Assembly: GCA_964247055.1 (NCBI GenBank)
Contig: OZ176054.1
Span: forward strand, 10,850,001 to 10,914,000
DNA: 64,000 nucleotides
Direction: 5' to 3'
Source: Paragordius varius
Taxonomy: Eukaryota > Animalia > Nematomorpha
The notes beneath the pieces were generated by a model. That model saw nothing but the letters and a program-made list of their open reading frames with translations, made no database searches and had not been told where the DNA came from. Each line of letters begins with the position of its first letter. Position 1 is the stretch's first letter. The translations under genes were made by a program, and so were the position numbers. Below are positions 40,709 to 54,502 of this stretch, one piece after another.

Positions 40709-43099
40709 TTACATTTTATCAAGTATTTCAAATTCACCCTAAATAAATTATGTGTTTTTAAGATAAAATATTACCTATATTTTTTTATATTTTTTAAAAA
40801 AGAAATTTTGTATTTAATCAAAATAATACTAAAAAAATAATAAATTGCCATAAAAATATATTTAATTATGATGAGTTATATTAGACCGAAATTTCATAAT
40901 TGAATTGTAGGGTGAATTTGTATTGTTCGAGAAGGGTGAATTTAATTGTAAATGGTATATATAAATAAATATTACAACTTCAGTTAAATATATTAGCGAA
41001 ATTCACAAACGCCTAATAATTTTTACCCGTAATGATTTATTTCCAGGGTTTTCAGGCAAAATATTTCGCATATTATTAGTGGTGGGATTAGTGAACAAAT
41101 TTTTATTGGATGATTCTTGTTTCATAGCTTGATTTATTTGGTTTCCGTCCTGAGGTGAAATAAATTAATATTGTATAAAATTATAAAAAAAAGTTATACA
41201 TAGTTGTTTTTCATTTATAATTAATTTTGGACTCTACTTAATCAAAGGCTTATTCAAAATAAAAAATTTAAAAACTTGGGAATGAAAATGGTAAATATAA
41301 CTAGTTTTAAATGAAAACTTTTCAAAAAAGCAAACTTCTGGATAAAAATTTATATATATATATATATATAATAACTATTGAACACAAATTTCATAGAAAT
41401 AACGTCATATAATTATATGAGTTAATAAATTTTATGGTTAACATATAAATGTAAATTTTGATTATTATATTGTGGACTCTCAAATTATAATATATTATAA
41501 ATATAAATATATATATATTTAATTACATTTAAATAATCAAACAAACTACGCATATTAAAATATACATTTATTATAGTACAAGCCTTTAACTTTTAAACAT
41601 CCCATCATTTTTAACTGAAGGTTGAAACCTAATCCAAATTGGTTGTGAAAATTTTCAAAATACACAAAATGGGAAATTCTTGAGAAAGTATCAGATGATC
41701 AAAACAAATTTTACTTCTCACTTTAGAACTTTTACACACGATGGGTCCCTGTAACTAATAAATAAATATTACGAGTAGGGGTTAGTTTACAGAATTAAAA
41801 GTCTATATCGACTATAAATATATGCTACGCTAACTTTCCTCAAAAACAGTTTCTGCACAAATTTTAATATCATGGGTCCTACCAGCCCATTCCTGGAATC
41901 TCAAGACTTAGAGCTCAAACTTTTGAATTCCAATGCCTAATAAACGGGGCAAGGAAGTTTTAAAGCTCATTGAAACCAGTAGAACAGGAGTTCATGGTCC
42001 AAATCCATTAGTTAAAAAACCTGAGATGCTAACTAACCAAACTAATTTCTGGTAAAATCTTAAAAACCAGAGGAAAAGAAGTTTATAAATCAATTGAAAT
42101 TGATTCCCAGTCTAATCTAAGGACCTGGTAGTTTAGAGACATTTCCCTCTGCCCAAATCACAGAAACTAAGGTTCGCACTAACCCATAGGAACCTTTTCT
42201 ATTTTAACCTACGGAGATAAGAGAATTTTTGAACCCATTAGAACAACCATCCTTTAAAAACTGTTGAAAACATTAATGTTGATGACAAAGAAAGGGACGA
42301 CCACTCTTTTCTTATAATGATAATATAAAAATGGACTTGAATCAACGTAGCCTTTCCACAGAACAATGTAAAGATCGTAATTTATGGAAGAAATTACTTC
42401 GTGGATACAAAACTCCGAATATGGAGTCCTAATATTATCCAATTAAAACCAGTTACTGCAAAAAGCAGAGAAACTAGCGGTGTACCACTCCATTCACACC
42501 TATGACCTTTGGAATCGCTATAATCAATAGTAAAAATATCTTACCATGGTTGTTTGTCGCGTTTGTTGTTGTTGATCGGTCATTGCTTGTTGAGTTTGGA
42601 GAGGGAGTGGAGGAAATCCGCCGCCACCACTCAGAGTCGCCATCATAAAGTCTGGCGGGGGTGGAGGCATCATCAAAGGCAGATGCGGTGGTGGCGGTAA
42701 AACAGCTGATCGCGAAAGCAAAGATGGCGGCGGAAAAAATGGCGGTATGGGTGGAGGTGGTGGGACAAGTCCAAAAGGGGGCGGAGGATACCCCATCACG
42801 AATTGGGGTGGTAGGGGAGGTGGAATAATGTTATTATTGGCCATTGCCGTATGATTTGTAATTATAGTTGTGGTGTTGTTGTTTGAAATGGGGGCGCTTA
42901 TTTTGCCAAAAGGCAAATTATTATTATGGCTTTGTGTTGATGAAATGTTTTGTTGAAAGGTGTTTGCCGTTGAATAAAAATGGTTAATGACATTTTTCAT
43001 GGCCATTCTATTTGTGTTGTTGGGATTAGGATTGTTTATATTGTTATCATGATCATTGGAATCAAGTGTACCACTAAAAGTGTCTAGACAGTGTATAAA

Positions 43100-43142
<43 letters not shown>

Positions 43143-46100
43143 TCCCATTTGAAAACCCAAATGTAAAATATATATAGTGCATGCATATTTTCAGGAGACA
43201 CCGCTCATCTAAAGATTTTAACCCTTTTAAGAATAAAAGTGCACTATTTTTGCTTCATTCATTTTTTCAATCCATAACATTACATTGATGATAAAAAACA
43301 AAGGGTCTTTATACATAAACTGCAAAAAATAAAATTTTCATACCTTCATTAGGTTTGTTGGTAGCAGGGTATGGAGAAGCATGGGTAGAAGTTATATTTA
43401 ATTTTTGTAACATACTTAACAAAAGTTGTGAATTATCGGTCATATTTGCATTTGCATTATTATTAAAAGTATCATTATCATAATCAATATTTTCAACATT
43501 CTTTTGGTCGGGGCTTAAATTAAGGTCCCGTAAAATATCGGCCTCTGTTAAATTTTCATCAACTATTTCTGATTCAAAATTATCAGGATAATTATTTTGT
43601 ATAGTAGGATCTCCAGATGGTAATGGTATTTGAGATAAATGAGACAAATTCATAGATTTTTGGAGGGCGCTTATTGGTTCAGGAGATGTCACTTCGTTCT
43701 AATGTAAAAAAATGATAAAAAATTACAAAATTATGTAATTTTACTGGCAAACGGATACATATTAAAGGTAGTAAACGAATACTTTAACATTAAATAACAT
43801 ATCTTTAATCTCTACTTATTATATCATATCATTCAAAAAACTAAGTGGGAAATAAATTAAGCAACATATGAAAAATTATGAATATCTGACTTATATATAA
43901 ATCTAACATGCCAGGAAAATAACTAACATTTTTCGAATTCTGACTCAAAATTCCAATTTTAAACAGTTAAATAACTTATAGTATAAAATGAGATACAAAT
44001 ATGTCACTTGAAATATTTTTTAATACATATAATATATGTAAAAACCTTTTCTCCAAACTGTTTTTGGTGGGTTTGTATGGCAAAAGCTAACTTTTGAAAC
44101 GGGGTCATTTGTTTTTCATTAGTATCATTTTCTGAAATATTCAAGCTTTTACCCTGCAACGTAATTTGATCTTGAGATTTGTTTGGAGCATTTACATTAG
44201 CTATTATATATGGAGAAAAATGCTTAAAAACTTTTTTTTCAATGAGATATTTAAATATCTATCAGTTAGTACAATTTTTACCGGTCAATCGAATAAAAAC
44301 TAATAATATCGCTTACAGTCATTCACGGTAATAACCCAGCAAGTATTGTCTGTTATAATAAGTAAAACAAAATGAATTTGATTTTAATAATCTAAAAAAC
44401 ATATGATAAAAATCATAAATTTTTCTAAATCATCTAGATTTGTCGACATTTTTTACAATAAATTTTAAATTTTATGCCATTTGTATACTGATTTAAAGTA
44501 AGGTGAAAAACCTACATATTTACATGGTCACAGTTTGGTCATTAATCCATTCTCATTATCAGTCAGACCCAACTTTACACATTAGATTTAATTTACAGTG
44601 TAATGAAGATTTTCAAATAATTATTGAAAAAAAAAGATTGCTAAATATACCGTAGTTGCGAATAGATTTTTCATCAAAAAATGCTTTAAAGCGACTTTGA
44701 AACATTGTATTTTCATCTTCATTCATAATTTGCGTTGAACTACTTACATTTGGTAATGGGATATCCTCCTACAAGAATGGCAATAAAAAAATAAATAAGA
44801 TTAAAAACTGTATTTCCCATATAATAAATATCTTAAAGTTTACTCAACATATAAATTTTAAAAAGGAATCCATTAACAAATTGTAAACTAATTACAAATC
44901 TATCAAAAATCTATTTTATCTCAAATCAAATTTGACTTATCCCTCTCCTTTACACAAAACTACCATGAAATGTTTAATCTTTTAACAGTTTGTATATAGA
45001 AACTCAAATAATCAAAAATTCAAAAAAATAACCCAAAAATATAAAAAACATACCACATCATCATCATATTGATTTATTCGTGGAGAAGTGTTTGGAGCTA
45101 TTGCTGGTTCAGCTAAATGCACAAAATAAAAATTTAAATATTAAAAATTAATGGTACAAAAACTTTTCCAAGAGCTGATATGAAGATTAGGCTTTATATT
45201 AGAGAAAGTATGAGTTAAAATTTAACAAATTATAAAAAAATCCGAAATCTACAAAAATAATATATACCTTTTTTATTTATATTATGGGTTCCAAATGCGT
45301 CTGTCCCTTCATTTTCATATATGATTCGTTCTTTATGTGTTGTCATATCATCACATACTGTTTGTTCTTCGGAAATATTATCAAGTTTTGAATAATCGCT
45401 CGAATTTCCAATATTGCGATTTGTAGTATTGGCGTTATTAGCATTTGCTATACTCTTTTTCCAAGCTTGATAATCAAACATTATATTAGTGTTATCGACA
45501 TTTTTGGCAGTATTATGATTGCCATTTATATCACCACTTCCGTAATGTTCAGACACCAATAATTCATTTTTTGTCTCGCAAAGAATATTTTCATTACAAT
45601 TATTGTTACTTATTGTCTCATTAGAGGGGTGATCTTTTTGTTGGTTAAAGAAACCACCCAATTCAATTTTATCCATGTGGGACGTGGGTCCCTCCGTAAA
45701 CCACTCAGGTTCTTCTACGGTAGCAGGTGATATCCCATATTTACTGTTGTTGTGCTGCGCATTGTTGAAATGATAATTGCTATTATAGTGTGTCGTAGTG
45801 TTGCGCTTTTTATAATCAATATTATTCCTTTGGTAGGCTGATGCATTTTGCGATATATGAGGGCCATACCTTCTCCTATCAAACATTGATATGCCCTTTG
45901 GCTCATAACTTTTTGTTTCATCATAAAATTTATTGTTTCTATCAAAGGCATTTACATGTTCAAGAGTGTCTGACGGGAGTGAGCCTGAATTATGTTGTCG
46001 GAAAAATGGGTTGGAATTACTTATGCCATGGTTATCTTTATCATAATCCCTTGTTGTAGTTAAATCATCGTGCGTCGGTCCATCAAGAAAATGAGAATCA

Positions 46101-48229
46101 GCCTGGGAAAATTGTTTCCTACCATAAGGAACCTCATCAAATCTAAATAAAAAATATAATCATCGATAATATTAAATAAATTAAATGATTATTAGAGATA
46201 ATTACAGATTTAAACATTTTTATAATAAAATCTTTGAATAATCTTTGGGTCATCATCGCAAAATTTGAAAAACATAAATTTAACATAAAACATTAATTTT
46301 TCTTATAGTTTTAATTTAAAAAAAAATAAAAAATAAAGTATTATATAAAAAATTACGGAGTTTCTTTATCATACGGTAGCCGATTAGTTAATTTATTGGT
46401 GTTGGCAAATTTGTTTTGTGAAGAGGACTGATAATATTTGGTTTGAGAAGCCAAATTATTTTGTATAATGTATTTTCGACCTCTATCTCCGATCCCTGTA
46501 CCGCGAGAAAATCGATCATACATGGCAGATTCATCAGCTCTCGTATGACGTCCATTGATTTTGCGTGATGAGGTTAGAGGATAGGCATGACTTTCATAAT
46601 CTAGCTCTTCAAATCAAAAAAACACACATTTTACCACAAAAAATTCAGGACACAATTAAGTTTTATACCATTTACAGTTCAAATTCACCCTTGAACAATT
46701 TAAATTCACCCTAAAAATAAATTATGTGTTTTCAAACTAATGCAACTCATTACTATATGAAATATTTCGTTATAGCAGAGTTTATTATTTTCTCAGTATT
46801 ATTTTAATTAAACCAAAATTTTATTTTTAAAAATGTATAAATATATAGGTAATTTTTTAAATTTGAGGGTGAATTCGAATTGTTCAAGAATAAATTTGAA
46901 TTGTTTAAGGGTGAATTCAAATTGTAAATAGTATTTTAAAGCTTTAAACGCATAAAAATATTTTCGGAAGAAATATTTCTAATCCTTCAAACCGAAACCG
47001 GGACCACATAAAAACGGTTTTGTTGTGTTCCTAAAATTTAGTACGACCCCGGTTTCATATTCGAAACTCAGGAACCACCCCTATTCCGGTTCACTATTTT
47101 TGACCCGATTCAAAACCCTGAATATAACTTGCTAAATATTAACTAAAATCATTATAATTATTTACTGTTAAAATACCAATTTTTAATATTTTAATTACCA
47201 TTAAAGATAAACAATTAGGTAAAAATGACATGTAAGAATTATTTGATCTGTGTATCAATAACAATGAATACCTAACATTCCGTTTATAATGCAAATTTTT
47301 TGAAAGAAGCATCCAATAACTTAGCCTTAACAAATTTTTATCAATTATAATGTTCGAACTAATTGTGAGTTTTTTAGAAAAAATAGATTTATAAAAGATA
47401 AGGATTTTACATATTATCTAAGGGCGATAAAGCTACTCTAATATCATGAGGAAAAATACGACTTTTTAATTACAATATCTTAATTATGTAATGGGGAAGA
47501 TTTAATTATAACCAGTTGTCAAAGATAATAATCTATAAAAATGAAAAAATATATGTAATAAAATAAATGTTTAATTCGAACATGCTCAGTATTTGAATAT
47601 GGGCTAATTGTTACATATTTTATTTGTGTTCAATCTTTTTGCAAGTTAAAGCATTTCAATAATAAATTCAAACAATAAGATAATCAAAAATAAATTTTGT
47701 AATTTATTAAAACGTACCAAATGACTTTTTCTTGTAATTGGGTTTCAATGAATCATATTTGTCCGATCGCAGAGGAATATCTCCAATGTAACTAATTAAA
47801 TTAAATCGAATAATACTTTTGTGGTAAAAAGCAATGAGGTGTGCAGTGTGATAAATCTGAATTGTATATATCTAATAATTGATTTTTGGAATATTTTATA
47901 AAAATTGGTTTCATATCAGTAACATCCGAACTATATAATATAAATATAATTCATATATACCTAAGCATTATGTTAATTGTTTTTTCAATTAAAGTATCGG
48001 TAAAAAATATTGTTGTTTATCATTCTATTTCCAAGCAACCGATCAACAACAAATAAACACATGGATTTATGGATGATTTGAAATTTATAAGTTCTCATGG
48101 TTTTCGAAAATCGTAAGTGGTTTGAAAACTATAATTTTATAAGATTATGTTAGCACTAATTAATACCTCTGATTATTTTTTCTAGTTTGGGGTAGTTTTG
48201 TCCAAGAGCTCAAGTTTGTAAATATACTG
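39097..48229 (-). CDS. EIF4ENIF1: eIF4E transporter 4E-T (EIF4ENIF1/Cup family), at least 14 coding exons and 1070 aa; 5' start not located
   Basis: Exons 48229-48167, 47791-47718, 46606-46357, 46142-45268, 45112-45054, 44768-44651, 44200-44046, 43698-43344, 43083-42545, 41149-41027, 40669-40576, 40471-40383, 39807-39540, 39257-39097 are phase-consistent. Motifs: EEPEWFTEGPTSHMDKIELGGF (Cup homology domain), SRFKAFF, MTPFQKL, LTPTAVFRHL. The two most 5' exons are less certain. Confidence 0.88.
40478..40521. repeat. (TA)n microsatellite (others at about 12392, 21611, 31821, 38741, 40674, 43101)
   Basis: Direct reading. Confidence 0.95.
40706..40955. mobile_element. MITE family C (21-bp subterminal repeats), intronic; second copy 46668-46931
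   Basis: (C)CATTTAC...GTAAATGG flanked by TA; AATTCACCCT/AGGGTGAATT inverted units at a 21-bp period. Confidence 0.72.
42200..42440 (+). mobile_element. RTE LINE 3'-end fragment inside a 4E-T intron
   Basis: RKGRPLFSYNDNIKMDLNQRSLSTEQCKDRNLWKKLL resembles the RTE C-terminal GRP..W.D....DR..W motif. Confidence 0.6.
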
Positions 48230-48285
48230 CTATGAAAGTTATTTTGGATGAAATTTAAATATCAAACATTGCATGTATTAGTTAA

Positions 48286-48865
48286 CACTTCGATTCAAAT
48301 TGGGGTATCTAAATACCCCAGACTAAATTTAAATTAATATTTAAAAAAACTACTGAAGGAAACGGTCCCAATTTAAATTTATGCTTCTATCCTGATAAAT
48401 ATTATATAAATATGCCAAAACATCTTGATAAAATTTTGTTTTGAGAAAAAAGCTCCATCTCAAACTACTTCGACGCCATTTTTATTTTACAAAATTTTTG
48501 CAAAATATCGTCTTTATTTAATTTTAAGGGTAAAACTAAAGCTAATTTTTTATATAAATTACATATAACATTGATATAAATAGAAAAAGCAGTTTAGTTT
48601 GTAAAATTTTTTAATTTACAATTTGACAGATGTCATGTTGACGAAATTTTTACCCTTCGGTTTTAGCTTAAAATAAATAATATCAAGTATTTTTGAATAA
48701 AATTTTTTATATATTTCGGTTTATTAATGTTAGATGAGTGCAAAATTTTGCCATGGTTTCGATTCCTTCTATATTTTTTTAAGAATTTAATTTTAAACAG
48801 GCCTGGGGTATCCAACTACCCCAATTGGAATCGAAGGACTAAAATGAGTGTATTGTATCCAAGTG
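48286..48865. mobile_element. piggyBac-like non-autonomous element (family G)
   Basis: TTAA|CACTTCGAT...ATCCAAGTG|TTAA; homologous to 24766-25366. Confidence 0.75.
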
Positions 48866-50524
48866 TTAAAAAAGGCGTATTTTTTACAGTTTTACTTTTA
48901 GAGTCTAAAATTATGTTCCAATTGACGATTAAAAATAACAGCTGATATTAGAATCAAAATTAAGTTTTTATTGGTTATATGTACCCTAAAAGCTTAAGTT
49001 AATTATTTAAATTGTAACCAATACATTCATTTATCTGTTGCAAAAGCAATTTAGAAAATTCATAAAAAATAATGACGGACCAAAAGTTTGAGATGTGGGT
49101 TTTTACAATTTTTTTAAAATGTATAATGCTTTAAAAAGGCTTAAAATCCATATTTTTTTGGTTAATACCCTAATACATATTAAGAAATATTTCAAATCGC
49201 TTTAGGATATGAAACTGCCCCAAAAATTAATAAAGTGTTTCAATTAAAATTTTATTATTCAAAAATTTGAAATTAATAACAAATCTATTTAAACTAACTT
49301 ATTTTTTAGTTAAAATTAAAACCGTTGTTGTCTGATAATAGATACATACGGTCATTTAATTAGCAATTTATATGTATAAGGTAAGATTGTCGGTAGAAAT
49401 AATGAATAAAAAATGAAATATAATAACTAACCCTGTCCGTCGCTATGACAGTCTGAATTTAATTATTTGCGCCTAATAAGAATTGCAGAGACTGTGAAAA
49501 TGGTGATCATAAAAAAACACATCTTACCCTAATTTTTTAAACTTTAGGGCTTACGCAATATTATTGTCATTACACTAGCTATTATTTAAATTATCCTTGT
49601 TCAAGTTATATATGGTTTAATTGAAAAATTGGTCAAAGTATAAATTATTATACTGCTATATGTATGGGCTGTGACTAATTTAAAAGCTATAAAAAGTAAC
49701 TCGGCCATGATCCCATCGATAAGGAGGATGTTGAATATGGCTATTCCGGGTTTTACATACTACCTGGCAGTTGGTGTTACTTGTTATCATCAATCATCCT
49801 CTTCAAAGACAAAGTGCGATTATTTACGAATTCCTATATGTTTACGCATAATTGTATAAAAGCTTTTTGCAAAAAACTCAATTATAATGCAGTGAATAAC
49901 TCAGGGTGATCACTCTCAGCATTTAAAAAAATAAAATATTCTAATAATTTGAATGGGCCTTAATGGTTTCATTAAAACTGCGTCTAAACCAATGCTTATT
50001 GCTATTCCCCATTATCAAGATGGGGATGTAAATGGTTATAGGATATGGCTCTTTTACCGCCGGTACATCAAAAGAAATTAAACATTTTGATTCGAATCGG
50101 ATTATAATTTATCCCAAAATAGCTTCGAAACCAATAGTTATTCATAAACCGATTCCAGACGAATGGGGTTGAACTAAAAGTTAAATTTAAATATTCCCAA
50201 TACACCCTTGATGCATTAAAATAATAGACCGTTAATGAATTTACAGATAAAAAAAATTTCCGTTTTGAATTTTTTAAATGAGGCCACACATTTTTCGGGA
50301 AAATGCTTCAAAAACAATGTTTATTTAAAAACTTCATTTTAAGGGAAAAGATTAACTAAGAGCGTGGTTTAAAGGGGGCGTGGAAAATCTAGGGATCTCA
50401 ATATATGCTAATAAATATAATAATTTTTGATGATTGGTTTATTTTATATTATTCGATTAAAAAGGTTAAGGAGGATTTCAGATGCGGATCATCAAGATTT
50501 GTTCCCAATACGGATTAATTATAG

Positions 50525-52940
50525 CAGTGGTACTCACCAAAAAATTTTGTCGGGCCAAATAAAATATATTTTTTTCGAGGGCCATAAACCTTATAATGGC
50601 AAATATTCCATAGCTATTTGACAACATTTTTATACTCTAAATCAGCACAATGAATATTTTGCGGATCGCATGCAAATCCAGCTAAAAACTCGTTTTGTAC
50701 CATTTAGTTTAAAAAATTAAAATATTTTGATATCAAAACCAATAATTTTTGACAAATTTGGTTTGGCCTCATGAAAAGCCACTCTTAATACGTCATTATA
50801 CGATCATCGGTTAAGCGATTTCTATGTGTATTCTTGGCATACTTCATTTTTGAATATGCCGACACGTGTAAGTTGAGGAAAAACAGTTAAGATAACTTGA
50901 GCCCTTTTTTTTGTATTTTAATATTTATTTGGCATATATCTCCAAAACTTAACATATCTTTCTTCTCTACCATTCACCTTGAATATAACCTCCAAATTGG
51001 AATCATTTTTAAAATCTACGAATACTTCAATGATATGCACCTGATCAAAACCGAAATGCTCAAGTTGCTTAATATTGGATATATCCGTATGTCATGGATT
51101 TTATTTTTAAGCAATTTTTAATATTTCTTAATTCTAGAAGTATGAATTTCATCTCATTTAATAAAAATGTTAAATGATTGTCTATAATTAAATTATTCTA
51201 CGCAGTATTTTCCATATTTTCCTCATGAATCGTTTTAGGTGTTGGAAAATATAGGAGTGTTTTATTTATATAATCCTGGTTATATATTATTAATTTTTCT
51301 TCAAAAGCGAATTGGGTTATTATTTTTCTCCCTTGAAGACTTGTATTAAAAATACTAAGTCTATAAGTGTCGCAAAGGTAGGCTTATAAAACTCATCATT
51401 TGTCACTATTTATTTCTCATCAAAATTTGTGTTGTCCTTTATAAATAATAGAATTTCATGTCTTAAAAAAATCCATTTAATATTCACAGTGGTATACAAA
51501 AGAATATCATCAAACTCACTGTGGATATCTTTCAGAAGGTTTTTGAATTTACCGCGGTTGAATTTTCTGCCACAGACGTGGTTAACTATACCCACAACCG
51601 TTTTTAGAATTGAGTGATTTATTTATCTTTTACTCGCGAAATCAAGTTTTGCTGATGAATAAAGCAGTGAATAATAATATATTTTGCATATTGTGTTTGT
51701 TCAAAAGAAGAATAAATCATTTGTTTATTCCAATCATAGGGAGTCGTCTGTGATCGAAACCAATTTTTTGGTAGATATACCGTTATTATCGAAAAAAGTG
51801 CTAATTATTTCAAGAAAATCACTTCTTTTCATGGTATTATTTATTGGTAAAATTTTTAAATATTCCTCGTTGATTATGATGTCATGTCAAAATCTCACGA
51901 AGAGCGCCTATTGAGGTGTTGAACTAATATCGTGCCAGAATCAAAAGCAATACTAAAATATTTCAGTTTTTCAGAGCCAATATTGTATTGTTTAAATATA
52001 TTTAAACAAATCTTCAATGCGTCGGGCACATGTTGAATAAAGTTTAAGGTTTTTAATTTACCTCATGATTTGATCTTTATTATGAAATTTATCAAATAAA
52101 AAGTGCAACCATTTATTAGACATTGTTTATTAGTTGTGAATCAGTAAACGGTTTCATATAGTTTCCTAAAATATATTAAATTTCATAAGCTAATGTTACA
52201 GCTCTTCCTGAGCGAAAGCAATGGACATAATAGCTTTTACTTTCTGGTATAATTTCCTAAATTTTTATATTTTTCGTTTCTTTTCTCATAATTTTTTGTT
52301 AATTAATGAGAATGATGGATTGTAATATGTCTTTCAATATTGTATTTTTATATGATTAAGTTGTCCCTACATATAAGAAAAGTAACAACATTTTTATTCA
52401 AAACGATAAAGTATTTTTCTTCCCATCCTTTTTTAAAGGAGGGATTTTCAATGGATGATATACGTATTTTATTAGATGTCATCCTTTGAATTTGTGTTAT
52501 AATGTAATTAAAATATGGGAATATAATTTGAATTAAAATAGGTCGAAATTTAATGATGATTTAAAAATTATTTTATGGGAATGAGTTATAAATGATGCAG
52601 GATATGAAAAGAATTAAATGCAAGTGTGGATGAAAGGCTGGCTTAGGAATGCAATAAAAATTCCTAGAAAAGAAAATAGAATACTGAAACAGAAACAACG
52701 TGTGCCAAAATTATGAAATCATTTTAATGAAGGGTTTCTACATTTCATTTCGATAAAAAATAAAAATTACTAAAATTAAATCTAAATATAATAAATCAAT
52801 ATTAAAATAAGCATAAATTCGTTTGTGTATATTTTGAATTCATCAATAAAAATTAATTAAGTATCAATATGGTCATAGGGCAATTTCAAAGCACTCTTAG
52901 GGCCGCATGCGGCCCGCGGGCCGCGGTTTGAGTATCACTG
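50525..52940 (-). mobile_element. hAT (SPIN/Charlie/Buster-like) transposon with a decayed transposase
   Basis: TIRs CAGTGGTACTCA / TGAGTATCACTG (11/12 match), perfect 8-bp TSD AATTATAG, GGCCCGCGGGCCGCATGCGGCCC subterminal motif, and remnant IVNHVCGRKFNRGKFKNLLKDIHSEFDDILLYT...LRHEILLF. Confidence 0.9.
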
Positions 52941-54502
52941 AATTATAGCAATCGCAGATACAATGATCTTATATTATGATTTTTATACCATTATAATAAT
53001 TATTGCATTTCTTTGTTTTTTAAGACGAGGGGAGAAATAGGGAGGGGCTCATATATCTTTTATCAATTTGCTGGATTGAACAAAAATATGGGAATCACTG
53101 AACTAAAAAATTGCTTTAAACCAATATTTTTGTAAAAAAAAATCCTTACACGGATGCCGAACAGAGCAATGATTTTAAAATGACACAATCAGTCTTGGCC
53201 AATTAAAAATATTGATAACCATAATTAATTTTAAAGATCTTATCGTTTTCACAAAATTGTGTCAAAACCATAAAATATTTTTAGATACTTCTATACTCAA
53301 GCGTTAATTCTAAATAGCTCTGACAAATAAAAATTATTATTATATATCTACACGTTCCGAAAACCCAAAGACAATATTTGTTCAAATCCCATTTTTGGGG
53401 GCTAAATTAAGTGACTAATTTAAAAAATGACAGTCATTTCAGCACATTCATTAATCAATAAAAACTTAATTCGAGGAGGCCAAGCTCTCTGAATTTCTCA
53501 AAGCTATTCCGAAAATTATATTTTAACAAGGGGGGGGCTGATTTCAGGGGCTATTTTAAAAATGGCTCCACCCTGGACGCTAATGATTAAAAAAATATGT
53601 TTTTTTTTAAATTTGAATAGGCCTCTTATTTTTCCGTAAAAAAGCTTCAAATACATTTTCAGATACCATATTTCCAGGAGTAAAGGGTTCAAACAAGCTA
53701 ATCAAATAATCAGCTCAACCACATCGGCGCATTCGTAGCAAATATAAAATCAATTGAAATTGAATGGAAAAACCCATATTTTTACACAGTTTGGGGAAAA
53801 ACTGGTGGCTGATTCAAAAAAACCGGCTTAGTTACCCTTGCCGCATTTGATAAATGATGTAAAAATTTAAATTTCTTTTATCGGAATACACCAGTACGCG
53901 AAAATTGCCATGTATAAACCTTTACTTATAAGGTTTCGCGTTTATTTATCACCAGCCCCATATCTGAAAATGAATGAATTTGCGCACATTTTGCGAAATA
54001 AAATTTTTTTGTTAAAGGCTAAATGATCATCAAATATTAAAATTTTTTATAAATTATATATAAAAAGCAAAACAATATTTATATTTAATTTTAAATTAAA
54101 GATGTGGATTCCCTATAATTTCTGAACCCCTATAAAATGGGCAAGTTTTCTTTTTATTAAACGTAAAAATGCCTTAATTGGGCGATAAGAATTTTTATGT
54201 GGTACATTATGACATCAATAGTTTTTTCTAAAAAATGGATATTTGCCTCTAAATTTAATTTATAACAAAATTGTATTGAAGCCAGTTTTATGTTGAGGCA
54301 TGGAAACGGTACAATCTTTCTATTCTATGATGCAGAACATTCTCAGATTATTAATTTTAAAGTGTTTGACCTAAAGATTAAACACAATTTACTAATGACT
54401 AATGACTAATTTAAATTAAAAAAAGAACTAAACCAATGATATGATCGTCCAAATGAAAAGATTTGTTAAAATTTCGTTTATCCTGTGAGTGATATTCTAT
54501 AG

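Noticed and set aside
42524-43201. Proline-rich ORF as a formin/WASP-like gene
   Set aside because: It is phase-linked on both sides into the 4E-T exon chain, and its N-terminal YIYI stretch is intronic (TA)n.
49517-49554. Possible 26-nt intron plus 1-nt exon (AG|G|GTAAG) as the 4E-T 5' end or a recursive splice site
   Set aside because: Every joining I tried hits a stop before the mapped 4E-T frame.
49757-49772. ATACTACCTGGCAG resembling the 5' end of U1 snRNA
   Set aside because: It has a deletion in the conserved motif and no downstream U1 stems or Sm site; it is simply the complement of a donor-like sequence.
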